Shown here piece after piece: positions 47,239 to 57,136 of a DNA stretch of 64,000 nt (position 1 is the first letter of the stretch; each line of letters opens with the position of its first letter). Origin of the DNA: an uncultured virus (IMG/VR IMGVR_UViG_3300021138_000003). Its lineage: Duplodnaviria; Heunggongvirae; Uroviricota; Caudoviricetes. Location of the stretch: the IMG/VR virus record IMGVR_UViG_3300021138_000003; one strand, written 5' to 3'. The translations under genes and the position numbers were made by a program. The notes beneath the pieces were generated by a model that did no database searches, was not told the DNA's origin, and was given only the letters and a program-made list of their open reading frames with translations.

Positions 47239-48936
47239 ATGAAACTGAATGAATTTTTTCATATAAACGAAAAGCAATCTGATTGGGAGATTCATAATCT
47301 CCACAAACTAGATCATATACTTGTGAAATTGGCAGATATGGTAATACGCGGGCAGAAGAAAGAACCTGCATATTTTGGTATGGTTGCTGCTGCCGTGTTA
47401 GATCCTGATCAACATATTGTTGCTCGATTGAATATTCCTGCAGAGGACGGCACACGTATACATGCAGAACGTGCTGCAATGGTTGCTTATTATAAAAAAT
47501 ATGGTGAAATTCCTGAAGGTAGTATCATTTTAACTACATTAAGTCCTTGCTGCGAGCACATGGATGACCGCGCAGGAGAAAGTTGCACAGATTTAATCAA
47601 TAAAAGTCCGGTGCATAAAGTATATTGCGGGTTTATTGATCCTTCACAACACGGACACAATGATCGACGATTTACTCTACAAGAAACTAATAATCCTAAA
47701 ATTCGCGCTATATGTGAAAAACTAGCTGATGTATTTTTAGATGATGATGAAATGCACGAAGCAATCGATCGTGATGACGCAATTTCTAAAATCAAAAAAT
47801 TACAAAATACATCAGGCAGAAATGAAAATGAACTAGCAAATATCGAGCGCATTATTAAGAAATTAATGAATGAGTTTGATATTAAGCCAGAAGATATAGG
47901 ACAACATGCTCCAGTTGACCCACTTAAAGCTAAGTTAGCAAAAGCAGCGTACGACAAACAAATGGCAGCCGATGCACTACGAGGTGAGTGGAAAAATATC
48001 AAAGGTAGATTTGTAAATATGTTTGCCGAAGATACAGTAAACGAAGTATTCACTAGCAAACAACAAGTCATTGCTCATTTTATTAAAATAGGAAAAACAG
48101 CAGCACAAGGTGCATCAGCTTGGGAAAAAGGTTGGAGAGGACGTGTTCCTAAAAAACCCAAAGAACCTGCTTTACAATCTACTAGACAGTATCGTTTTCC
48201 GTATAACGACGAAAATGAAGCGTTTGATATCGGAATGGGTCAGGCTTCGCATAGGAAAGACGGCCTCGATGAGGTGGTCGATATCAGCGATTTAGAACAA
48301 GCAATGTCCGACCTTCAATCAGAATTTAATTTCGTTAGCAAGTATCCTATGAGCCAATGGGATTTACCTCCCGAACAACGACTTCCATGGAAACGACCAC
48401 CTACTAAACGGAATCCGTACGGAGTTGAGTATTCTGAAGAAGAGCGAAAATCACTGTTAGGACCACATTATGTGCCAGAGTTTGACATTGGTACAATAGA
48501 TGACGACGACGATGACGACTATATCAACGAATCGATTAATGTTGCCGATTTCAAGGAAATTCTAAAAAAGTTCTTGCCCTTGGCCAAGAAAATTGTTAAA
48601 CTAAACAAAATGCCGACGATTATTTTAAGAAATACTATTTCTGATAATCATCAACCTACTATGGGACGTTTTCGTAATGACACATATACATTGGAATTGG
48701 CTATTGCAAATAGACAACCAGTCGACATTTTACGAACACTTGCACATGAGTTGACTCATGCAAAGCAAAACGAAGAACATGTTAACATCGATCCTACCAC
48801 AGGGTCGAGAGACGAAAATGAAGCAAACGCAATGGCCGGAATAGTAATCCGCCATTTTAATAAAGAATATCCAGAGTATCTATCCTATCAACCTGTAGAA
48901 GAAGGTAAGACTAATGGGCGGAAACGTATTCGCTGA
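47239..48936 (+). CDS. Modular protein: CDA/RibD-like deaminase + linker modules + HExxH metallopeptidase-like domain
   Basis: IHAERAA...TTLSPC...C deaminase motif; RTLAHELTH...E.EANA zincin motif. Confidence 0.75.
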   Translation: MKLNEFFHINEKQSDWEIHNLHKLDHILVKLADMVIRGQKKEPAYFGMVAAAVLDPDQHIVARLNIPAEDGTRIHAERAAMVAYYKKYGEIPEGSIILTTLSPCCEHMDDRAGESCTDLINKSPVHKVYCGFIDPSQHGHNDRRFTLQETNNPKIRAICEKLADVFLDDDEMHEAIDRDDAISKIKKLQNTSGRNENELANIERIIKKLMNEFDIKPEDIGQHAPVDPLKAKLAKAAYDKQMAADALRGEWKNIKGRFVNMFAEDTVNEVFTSKQQVIAHFIKIGKTAAQGASAWEKGWRGRVPKKPKEPALQSTRQYRFPYNDENEAFDIGMGQASHRKDGLDEVVDISDLEQAMSDLQSEFNFVSKYPMSQWDLPPEQRLPWKRPPTKRNPYGVEYSEEERKSLLGPHYVPEFDIGTIDDDDDDDYINESINVADFKEILKKFLPLAKKIVKLNKMPTIILRNTISDNHQPTMGRFRNDTYTLELAIANRQPVDILRTLAHELTHAKQNEEHVNIDPTTGSRDENEANAMAGIVIRHFNKEYPEYLSYQPVEEGKTNGRKRIR

Positions 48937-49855
48937 TAAAACAAGCAGCATCAAGCGTGAACACATTACTCCAACACTAACCGCATATTTTGCAGAACTA
49001 TCCAATTTATTTCCAGCTAAAGACTATCTGTTTAACACAGATCATTTCATTCCTTTAGGGTCTGTTGGTAAAAAGTCTGTGAGCGGTGACATCGATCTAG
49101 GTGTTGATATCCGGGACTTGTTTGACCTAAATGATGTTTACGGATCATTAGAAGAATGGGGACTGATTGCTGCTGAGTATGAAGACGAATTCATTCAACT
49201 CAAAAAGCGAGCCCGTACTAGCAGCGATGACCAGCTACGTGTTAAAGCGTTTCTTAAACTGCTAACTCAATGTATCAATGATCATGCTGAGCATATCTTC
49301 TGCGACGAAAAGAAAGTAACTGATGGCAATATCTTTACATTATTTCCGCAGGTCGATGAAAATAATTTTGGCCTAGGTACCAGTGTGCAGATTGACTGGA
49401 TGGTAGGCAACATTGAATGGTTGAAGTTTTCATACTATTCTGCTGCATATCCTGAAGATTCAAATGTTAAAGGTCTGCATCGTACACAGCTAATGCTTAG
49501 TGCATTCCAAGTGGCTGGACTTTCGTTTAATCATGTAGCAGGTGTGAAGGATAAATCTAGCGGTGAAATTATAGCAGTGTCGCCCGCAGGCGCGCTTGCT
49601 GTGTTAAGTGCTCGATTAGGGTTTACCGTTACGCAAGATGATGTAGAGGACTATTACAAACTCTACACATTGTTAGCTGAAAACATGGATCCTGATCAAA
49701 ATCATCGTCTACTTTGCACATATTTTAAAATCCTGGACTCAACTAGGGTTGACATTCCAGACAATTTAACGTATCATTGGCTGAACTACAAAGATGAACT
49801 AGGGTTAACAGGCAAATTCCTGCCTGAGACTTCTAAGCTGAAGGAATATGTATGA
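48914..49855 (+). CDS. Pol-beta superfamily nucleotidyltransferase (1)
   Basis: LGSVGKKSVSGDIDL, VQIDWM. Confidence 0.75.
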   Translation: MGGNVFADKTSSIKREHITPTLTAYFAELSNLFPAKDYLFNTDHFIPLGSVGKKSVSGDIDLGVDIRDLFDLNDVYGSLEEWGLIAAEYEDEFIQLKKRARTSSDDQLRVKAFLKLLTQCINDHAEHIFCDEKKVTDGNIFTLFPQVDENNFGLGTSVQIDWMVGNIEWLKFSYYSAAYPEDSNVKGLHRTQLMLSAFQVAGLSFNHVAGVKDKSSGEIIAVSPAGALAVLSARLGFTVTQDDVEDYYKLYTLLAENMDPDQNHRLLCTYFKILDSTRVDIPDNLTYHWLNYKDELGLTGKFLPETSKLKEYV

Positions 49856-50724
49856 GCGGTGTAACTGGTGCAGAACGTGTTCGTAGCCGTGCAGACTTTG
49901 CACAGTTTGTTGACGAGTTTCGTGAAGTAATAGGAGATTTTCCTGGCTTTGTCAATATGACTACGTCTGGCAGTTATAACTCCGACCTTACTAAGACTAC
50001 GTTTGGTGACATCGATTTAATTGTTCATATTCATACAAGTCTTACTAAGCAGGTACTTAAACAGAATCTAGTTAAGTATCTTCAGGAATTTCCTGAGGAT
50101 GTGATTGTACCGTTCACTTCAGAAAAGCATCGCGGCAAGCGTACAAGCAACACTGGTGAACTTGTATCAGTTCGGTTTCATAGCAAGATACTAGGATATT
50201 CTGTTCAGATTGATACTATTGTTGCACTAACTGAAGAAGAGATGGAGTTTAAGAGACAGTTTCTTGATATGCCTGCTGAAAAGCAAGGCTTGATTTTAGG
50301 ACTTGTTAAAGTTGCACTAATCGAAAGAGGCGAGTTCGATCTTGCAGTGCTTTCTTTAAAAATTCCACAACTTTTTAATCCTGGATCCGATGCTGAATAC
50401 GAATTTGCTTTGAGTAGTTCTAAGTTGGAATTGCGATTGGTACACTATAGACCAGGCACAACTGAACATTTACAGCACGATATCTTGTGGACCAGCCAAA
50501 ATTGGAATGATGTTAAAAAGCTATTGAATCAGTATGATCTTGACAAACCATTTCATGAACTGCTGATAGATGTTAAGAACACTATTGAAAATCCACGCAG
50601 CGCAAAGCGTATTATGGGGTTGTTCAAGAGTATGGTTACAGTTAAATCAGGCGAAGTAGGTACATCCAAGGGTGAAATTAAAGAACGGGCTTTAACACAG
50701 GTAGTACTATGTCTGACACAGTAG
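49852..50724 (+). CDS. Pol-beta superfamily nucleotidyltransferase (2)
   Basis: SGSY...FGDIDLIV, VQIDT. Confidence 0.75.
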   Translation: MSGVTGAERVRSRADFAQFVDEFREVIGDFPGFVNMTTSGSYNSDLTKTTFGDIDLIVHIHTSLTKQVLKQNLVKYLQEFPEDVIVPFTSEKHRGKRTSNTGELVSVRFHSKILGYSVQIDTIVALTEEEMEFKRQFLDMPAEKQGLILGLVKVALIERGEFDLAVLSLKIPQLFNPGSDAEYEFALSSSKLELRLVHYRPGTTEHLQHDILWTSQNWNDVKKLLNQYDLDKPFHELLIDVKNTIENPRSAKRIMGLFKSMVTVKSGEVGTSKGEIKERALTQVVLCLTQ

Positions 50725-51263
50725 TTTTTGCATTTGGTCGTTTTCAGCCGCCCACCATCGGTCATGGCATGATGTTTCAGTTGATCAAGAATCTGGCTGC
50801 ATCTGAAAACGCAGATCATGTCGTCTTTGTCAGCAAGACTCATGACAAGAAAAAGAACCCGCTGGACATTGATTTCAAGTTGTCACTACTGCAAGCAATG
50901 TTTCCTAGCGTAAACTTTGTTGCATGTGATGATGTAGTTCGTACACCCGTGGAGGCTGTTAAGTCACTGGATGGCAAATACAAGAATCTGGTATTCATGG
51001 CAGGTGGTGATCGTATTAACACATTAGGTCCTGTTATTGAAAAACAGAACGGAATCGATTACAGTTTTGCATCAATCGAATTAATGTCAGTAGGTGAGCG
51101 AGATCCAGATTCAGATGGTATAGACGGAGTAAGTGGTACTTGTCTGCGAGAAGCTGCAAAAATTCGTGATTTTAAGGCGTTTCGTCAGGGGATTCCTTCG
51201 ACCTTAACTGACAAAGACACAGAAACCCTAATGGAAATGATAAGTACTAGTATACCTTGTTAA
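50709..51263 (+). CDS. HIGH-motif (cytidylyl/adenylyl) nucleotidyltransferase
   Basis: FGRFQPPTIGH, KNPL, GGDR, RDPD..VSGT..R. Confidence 0.85.
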   Translation: MSDTVVFAFGRFQPPTIGHGMMFQLIKNLAASENADHVVFVSKTHDKKKNPLDIDFKLSLLQAMFPSVNFVACDDVVRTPVEAVKSLDGKYKNLVFMAGGDRINTLGPVIEKQNGIDYSFASIELMSVGERDPDSDGIDGVSGTCLREAAKIRDFKAFRQGIPSTLTDKDTETLMEMISTSIPC

Positions 51264-51275
51264 GGAAATACTTGT

Positions 51276-52355
51276 ATGAGAGCTTCGGAATTACCGATTC
51301 GAAAAAAATCGAATAAAACAAAAGAATCAGTCGACGGCGGATCGCCGGAAGCAGCAAAACGCGGCGTAGGAAATGCCAGTTATGTTTCACAAAATCCCAA
51401 AGAGTTCGGCGAAGCAATGCTTCCAAAGAGCATGTTTGCAGGTTCAAAAAAGAATAAACTAGGTCCTGCAGGTCAGCTTAAAGGTAATATGAAACGTCCT
51501 GCTCGCGCAGGCGATCTTGTAGGCTGCGAAGAAGCTATCGAACACAATCCGGAAAATCCTGAAGATCCGATGATCGTCGGACATCAGGGTGTAAATCCTG
51601 CTCGATTATCATATAGAATAAAACAAGCAAAATGGATGCTGGCAGAATTAGCAGAAAAAGCTAAAACTGCCGGTCCTAACGAATGGAAAATTATTTCTCA
51701 TCATATGAAAGAGCTCGAAATGAATATCGAGCAAATTCGACATGCATACGAAGAAATGGGAAAGAAATATTTCGGCGAATCCGAATTACACGAAGACTGG
51801 CAAAAAGTTAATAAACATGACAAAACCGCTGGGATGAGCAAGAAAGCTGTCAAAGCATATCGTAGAGAAAATCCAGGTTCTAAATTAAAGACCGCTGTTA
51901 CAAAAAAGCCAAGTGAATTAAAGAAAGGCTCAAAGGATGCAAAACGCCGCAAGTCTTTCTGTGCTCGTATGTCAGGTATGAAAAAATCTCGCGCAAGTGC
52001 AAAGACCAAGAGAGATCCTAATAGTCCAATTAACAAGGCTCTTCGTCGTTGGAATTGCGAAAGCATTGAAGAAATGCGCGATATGATTGTCTACGCAACA
52101 ACAGAAATTATAGCTCTAAAAGAAGCATCTAATCCAGCACAACAAGCAGCCATTGCTGTCAACATGAAAAAGCAAGGAAAGAAGCCAAAGAATGTTGACG
52201 AAGAAAAGCAACGCCTAGATCCTAAGTGCTGGAAAGGTTATCGAAAGCAAGGAACCAAGATGAAGGGGGATACTCGAGTCAACAATTGCGTTAAAGTCAG
52301 CGAAACTTGGGAACACAAAATGGCCGAATTAATTAAGATCTTGGAATCAAAATGA
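51276..52355 (+). CDS. Modular basic late protein (putative internal head polyprotein)
   Basis: Short modules starting after E: AMLP, DWQKVN..KRRKSFCARM, ASNPAQQAAIA, KQRLDPKCWKGY. Confidence 0.7.
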   Translation: MRASELPIRKKSNKTKESVDGGSPEAAKRGVGNASYVSQNPKEFGEAMLPKSMFAGSKKNKLGPAGQLKGNMKRPARAGDLVGCEEAIEHNPENPEDPMIVGHQGVNPARLSYRIKQAKWMLAELAEKAKTAGPNEWKIISHHMKELEMNIEQIRHAYEEMGKKYFGESELHEDWQKVNKHDKTAGMSKKAVKAYRRENPGSKLKTAVTKKPSELKKGSKDAKRRKSFCARMSGMKKSRASAKTKRDPNSPINKALRRWNCESIEEMRDMIVYATTEIIALKEASNPAQQAAIAVNMKKQGKKPKNVDEEKQRLDPKCWKGYRKQGTKMKGDTRVNNCVKVSETWEHKMAELIKILESK

Positions 52356-52669
52356 AGCAATATCGTATAACTTCTGCAGACCTAAGTCAAGACAGTGATG
52401 ATGCATATCTTGCACCAGATGATCCAATCCATGAACTAAAGGCTGTGCAATACATGGGCGGCCTCGGTGCCGAAGCTAGACTGGCTGAATATCGTGCAGC
52501 ACAAGCGAAACATAATCAAGAAATAAATAAGGGAAGTAATCCAAGTCTAACTGGCACTGAAAAGCGTCAGCTAGAACGAGAGCATAATATAAAGCCAGGA
52601 ACTCCTGAATGGTTTCAGCTTTGGTTTGGTCGACCGAATATGACCGGTGAGAAGCCAGTAGGAAAATAA
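52352..52669 (+). CDS. Hypothetical protein
   Basis: IKPGTPEWFQLWF. Confidence 0.7.
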   Translation: MKQYRITSADLSQDSDDAYLAPDDPIHELKAVQYMGGLGAEARLAEYRAAQAKHNQEINKGSNPSLTGTEKRQLEREHNIKPGTPEWFQLWFGRPNMTGEKPVGK

Positions 52670-52673
52670 TACT

Positions 52674-53183
52674 ATGAGATTTCGAGAAATTATGCAAGAA
52701 TCAGATCGCCGGCCGCTGGATCGTCGCGAACTTGCACAACTCATGCATATTGCAGAACGTGTTATTGCAACTGTTTCTAAAAAAAGCACCTTAAATGAAA
52801 CTGACCATCCAGGCAATCCAAAAATGTTGTCTAAAGATCAACTTGCAACATTAAAGGGAATGATTTCACTTCCAGATCTTAGCATGAACAAGAGTAACGG
52901 TAATTTTTATCAACAGATGAGATTCTTTTTGGCAATGGCCGGAGCACCTGATTATCCTACTCCTCCGGCGGGAGCAATGGCCGGGGATCCATCGATCATG
53001 CCATATTCTTCAGCAGATTTGGAAATAATTAAATCAGCAATTGACATGGTCGGCGGCGGAAGAATGGTAGATATGACTGATAATAAAAGTCGAGAACGAG
53101 AAGATACTAACATCGTGAGTCCAGTAGCTAACTGGATGCACTCAGATAAACCTAAGAAAGTAGAGCCAAAGGTATTAAAATGA
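52674..53183 (+). CDS. Hypothetical late protein (MRFREI N-terminus)
   Basis: YQQMRF..AMAGAP, N.VSPV. Confidence 0.7.
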   Translation: MRFREIMQESDRRPLDRRELAQLMHIAERVIATVSKKSTLNETDHPGNPKMLSKDQLATLKGMISLPDLSMNKSNGNFYQQMRFFLAMAGAPDYPTPPAGAMAGDPSIMPYSSADLEIIKSAIDMVGGGRMVDMTDNKSREREDTNIVSPVANWMHSDKPKKVEPKVLK

Positions 53184-53207
53184 AGGAAGCACGACCAGAT
53201 TCTATCA

Positions 53208-53807
53208 TTATTTTAATCGAGTTCTAGGTAGCATCCCAGAAACCCACTCATTGCCAAATGGTTTTTGTTTAGCACAAACTGCTATAACTCCATTATTGTA
53301 CCATTTGTTTCCTAATGTAGTAGGTTTCTGGTTTAATCGTCCTTTTGTCCATCCCTCTGGACATTCTTTAAGAAATTTAGAATCTTTTCCATTATTGTAC
53401 CAACTTCTTTCAGAATTTGTTTTTGCCCGGCGTATACTCGAGGCTACTTTTACACTATCCGAATGTGTTTTTCCAAACATACCATTTCTATTACCCTTTC
53501 GAATTTCAGATAATCTTTTTAATGTCTGATCAGAAAATTTAAGACCCGAAGCGCCTTCGCCGCCGTCAGTTTTATTGATTAGAATTCCAGTGTTATTATC
53601 TTTTCTGCCGTACCATCGAATGTATCGACGCTCAATTGCAAGAGCTCCTAATTCAGTCAGATTTTGTTCAAGAAATACAATTCTAGATAAATCCTTCGGA
53701 GGACGATGGTGTTTGTGATTTTGAAATGCCCGCATTTCTTTTCCCTTTCCGATATAATAAGGGGAACCATCTCTGCGTATATAGGCATATACATAATAAA
53801 TATTCAT
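53208..53807 (-). CDS. Free-standing GIY-YIG homing endonuclease with NUMOD3-like and WYNNG repeats
   Basis: YYVYAY.R.DG.PYYIGKG, E...I..YGR, L.N.TDGGEG, NGMFGKTHS. Confidence 0.9.
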   Translation of the reverse strand: MNIYYVYAYIRRDGSPYYIGKGKEMRAFQNHKHHRPPKDLSRIVFLEQNLTELGALAIERRYIRWYGRKDNNTGILINKTDGGEGASGLKFSDQTLKRLSEIRKGNRNGMFGKTHSDSVKVASSIRRAKTNSERSWYNNGKDSKFLKECPEGWTKGRLNQKPTTLGNKWYNNGVIAVCAKQKPFGNEWVSGMLPRTRLK

Positions 53808-53808
53808 T

Positions 53809-53863
53809 GCTGATACTCCGCATAAGTATTAGAGTAGTTGGATACGCCAATATCGCGAACTAC
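53809..53863 (-). ncRNA. Conserved structured RNA leader of homing endonuclease gene (copy 3)
   Basis: GUAGUU-CGC-GAUA-UUGGCG-UAUC-C-AACUAC-U-CUAAUACU-UAUGCGG-AGUAUCAG-CA-AUG; TATAAATA 5 nt upstream. Confidence 0.8.
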
Positions 53864-53948
53864 ATCATTATTTATATCATCTATTGACTTCTCTGTGGAT
53901 ATATAGTAATAAACGTTTCTATATTATTTAAAGGATTATAAATACAGT

Positions 53949-55460
53949 ATGAATAGAAAAGATCCAGTGAAGTCAACAGAAGTGTATATCGATCTCGATG
54001 GTGTGCTAGCAGATTTCTTTTCAGAATATGCTAAACTTGCTGGAATACAGTCGGGTAACTATCGAGATATTCCACCAGCAAAGACTGATCCTACATTAAA
54101 CAAAATGATCGGAACAGATTTCTTTGCACGACTTCCAAAATTTCCCAGTGCCGATCAGCTTATTAAAATTACTGTAAAATTATTCGGTCGATACCATATC
54201 TGTTCCAGTCCGCTTCGTGGTGATCACGAAAATACTGAGATCCAGAAAAAAGAATGGATTAAAAAGCATCTAAGTCCGCCACCTGCTACTATTATCATCA
54301 CACCTAACAAGGCAAAATACGCCGTACAACCAGACGGCACTCCTAATATTTTAGTCGACGACCGCGGTAGCAACATTAGTGCATGGGAAGCCAAGGGTGG
54401 CATCGGTATCAAATATCAAGCCGATGAAGACGGATTGGAAAAAGTAATCGAAGGGTTCGCAAGGGCACGTAAAATTCTGCGCGGGGAACTTGAACACGAA
54501 CCACAGACACTAACAACTAAGAACCGCAGTACTGGACAAATTGTTACTAAAAGTGGTCACAACGATGCAGACGAAGATGATGTTGCAGAAGCCGACGATA
54601 TTAACCCACGTTTTCAGCAAAATCCTATTATGGCTAATGAAGCGGTTCGATCCAATCCTACCGGAATCGAACATACAGAAACTGAAAGCTATGGTCCCTG
54701 GATTATTACCACAACAACTACACCTAGAGTAATGGGGAAAATTACCAATGGTCAGTTATTATATGTAGCTAAAATCGCACACAAGAAAGAAAAAAATAGA
54801 GTTTTATATGCTACCGGGAAAACACAAGGTGAAGCTACTGATGCTGCAATTAAATTAGTAACACAAGATATTAGATCAGATAATCCAGACGATTATAAAA
54901 CTTTTATTGCAGACTTAAATTCGCCATTTCATAAAGAATTATATGATCCCCATTCGGGTGATTATTTTAAAATTTCTCGGTCACCGAGTGGTCCTGTTTT
55001 AATAATGTTAGGACCGGAATGGTATAAAACTCTAGGCAGCGAAGTAGCTGAGTTAGGTTTTAAGAAAGCAGCAAATAGAACCGAAAATCAAGGCAAAGAT
55101 TATGTGTTTTTGGGATTCACAGTTTCTCCAGTGGTTGTTAAAACTCTCGGCTTGATCCCAAATATGAGATATGGATTAGAATTTTTAGAAAAAGACGACG
55201 ATGGAAACTCAGTTTTTAAAATGATTCCGGATTCCCGTGCTCATGGAATTTCAGATAAGCAACGACTACCTTTTCCGGCACTAACTTTAGCCGCTACTGG
55301 TAAAGTCGACTTGCCTAATATCAAAGAATCTGCTAGTAGTGGTGCTACTTCTGCTGGAGCAGTTGCTAGTGCTCCTGCGCAAGGTGGCGGTTGGTTGTTC
55401 GGAGGTACTGTAGGTGCTCCAAAAACTAAAAAGAAAAAAGCCAAGGTGTTAAAAAGATGA
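53949..55460 (+). CDS. HAD 5'-nucleotidase (NT5C-like) fused to additional modules
   Basis: IDLDGVLADF, CSSP, NILVDD; late promoter TATAAATA at 53937; C-terminal ESASSGATSAG and basic tail. Confidence 0.75.
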   Translation: MNRKDPVKSTEVYIDLDGVLADFFSEYAKLAGIQSGNYRDIPPAKTDPTLNKMIGTDFFARLPKFPSADQLIKITVKLFGRYHICSSPLRGDHENTEIQKKEWIKKHLSPPPATIIITPNKAKYAVQPDGTPNILVDDRGSNISAWEAKGGIGIKYQADEDGLEKVIEGFARARKILRGELEHEPQTLTTKNRSTGQIVTKSGHNDADEDDVAEADDINPRFQQNPIMANEAVRSNPTGIEHTETESYGPWIITTTTTPRVMGKITNGQLLYVAKIAHKKEKNRVLYATGKTQGEATDAAIKLVTQDIRSDNPDDYKTFIADLNSPFHKELYDPHSGDYFKISRSPSGPVLIMLGPEWYKTLGSEVAELGFKKAANRTENQGKDYVFLGFTVSPVVVKTLGLIPNMRYGLEFLEKDDDGNSVFKMIPDSRAHGISDKQRLPFPALTLAATGKVDLPNIKESASSGATSAGAVASAPAQGGGWLFGGTVGAPKTKKKKAKVLKR

Positions 55461-56647
55461 TCGACGAAAATCGAAAAGGTATACGAGCAGTAAAGCGAAA
55501 AATCAAACCGGCTAGCGGCCATTCCGGAACAAAAAAACTAGGTCCAGCTACTCCAATGACTCGCAAAATTCATGTTGCAAAAAACGGTGTATATAAGGTG
55601 AAGAAGCACAAATATTTCGAAGATCTCGAAGCACAATTAACTAGTACATTAAACGAATATCAAGATAGGATGGCAGGAGTGGGTATGGGAGATTACAGTC
55701 CAACAGAAACCTTTAATGGCGGTGGAGAATACAACGACGAAGTAGGCATGATTAAAAGCGATCTACATACCATTGGTCGTTCTGCTGTCGAACTGGCTAA
55801 AATTTTAGGCCCGGATGAAAATCTTCCAGAATGGGCTCAAGAAAAAATTGCACAAGTTAAAGGAATGCTAACTTCAGTTACAGATTATATGAAAAGCCAG
55901 CACGAACAAGGTGACGTTTTTCATACCAACGAATCTAAAGGTGAACACGTATCGGTACTATACATTGACGGGCGTCCATCAACAAAGTACACTAACCCAA
56001 AAGATGCAGAAAAAGATCTTAACACATTAAAATCAAAATATCCTAAAAAATCTTTCGAACTTAAACGAGAAATCAGAGAAGATGATCTAGAAGAAGGGTG
56101 GGGTAAGGCTGCACTAATCGGCACTGCTACATTCATTGCAGCAATTGCAGGTATTAATCATATGCAAGCACAAAAACTCATGCACAGTGATCCGCAACTT
56201 GCTAAACTAGCTCAATTCCGAGATCGTGCGGTAAAAATAGGAGATGAAGCAAAAGTAGAAGAACTTGATAAAAGAATCGAAGCTACATTAAGTCACCTCC
56301 AAGTAACCGGTGATGAAATACGCGGAGACGACGGTAAGCCAGTTGATCCAGTTTACGAGGATCGTTGGAAATTTAGTGGAAAAACCGGCGGAATGGAGCG
56401 TGACACTTCAGATTCTGATCAGCGTCATGGGTTATATATTAATGGAAAATTAATTAGAACCTATAATACAAAAGCTGAAGCAGAAAATGTCAAGCGTCGT
56501 GATCCAAAATTCAAAGATGCCACAATTAAAAAGATTGCTGAATCTAAAAAATGGACACACGATAGTCTTGCAAAGAAATTATTTGAACAAGAAATTACAT
56601 ATGAAGATCAATTAAATGGTATGCTACGCAGGAAGTTAAGCAAATGA
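55457..56647 (+). CDS. Modular late protein (putative internal head polyprotein)
   Basis: EYNDEVGM..ENLPEWAQEKI module; several xxE-delimited segments. Confidence 0.7.
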   Translation: MIDENRKGIRAVKRKIKPASGHSGTKKLGPATPMTRKIHVAKNGVYKVKKHKYFEDLEAQLTSTLNEYQDRMAGVGMGDYSPTETFNGGGEYNDEVGMIKSDLHTIGRSAVELAKILGPDENLPEWAQEKIAQVKGMLTSVTDYMKSQHEQGDVFHTNESKGEHVSVLYIDGRPSTKYTNPKDAEKDLNTLKSKYPKKSFELKREIREDDLEEGWGKAALIGTATFIAAIAGINHMQAQKLMHSDPQLAKLAQFRDRAVKIGDEAKVEELDKRIEATLSHLQVTGDEIRGDDGKPVDPVYEDRWKFSGKTGGMERDTSDSDQRHGLYINGKLIRTYNTKAEAENVKRRDPKFKDATIKKIAESKKWTHDSLAKKLFEQEITYEDQLNGMLRRKLSK

Positions 56648-57081
56648 GCGATCTTAGCAAAGCAGCAAAAATTGCATTCTCTTCTGAATTTGCTTTCTAT
56701 TTGAAAGCACATAACTTTCATTGGAACATAGAAGGCCCAGATTTTCTAGAATATCACGAACTTTTTGGCAAAATCTACGAAGAAGTATATAGTTCAATTG
56801 ACGATTTTGCAGAAAAAATTCGTGCAATCGGATCATATGTTCCAGCTAGCTTTGCTCGATTTAGTATGTTAACTCAAATCGAAGACGAAACAGACGTACT
56901 TGACCAAATGTCAATGATAAATGAACTACTAGGCGACAATGAAAAAATGGGCAAGGTTCTTAAAATGGTCTACGATCTTGCAGAACAACACGGTGAACAC
57001 GGTTTCTCAAACTTCTTGGCCGAACGCATGGATGCGCACAGAAAACACTCGTGGATGCTACGTGCGAGCCTTAAAAGATAA
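56644..57081 (+). CDS. dps: Dps/ferritin-like protein
   Basis: KAHNFHWNIEG, HELF, DDFAEKIR, H.K..WML. Confidence 0.9.
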   Translation: MSDLSKAAKIAFSSEFAFYLKAHNFHWNIEGPDFLEYHELFGKIYEEVYSSIDDFAEKIRAIGSYVPASFARFSMLTQIEDETDVLDQMSMINELLGDNEKMGKVLKMVYDLAEQHGEHGFSNFLAERMDAHRKHSWMLRASLKR

Positions 57082-57085
57082 TTGA

Positions 57086-57114
57086 TTGACATTTTCAAAT
57101 AATTCGTTTATACT
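57086..57114 (+). promoter_or_regulatory. sigma70-like early promoter
   Basis: TTGACA-17nt-TATACT. Confidence 0.75.
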
Positions 57115-57136
57115 ACGTAAACAATAAGGAGAAAAT

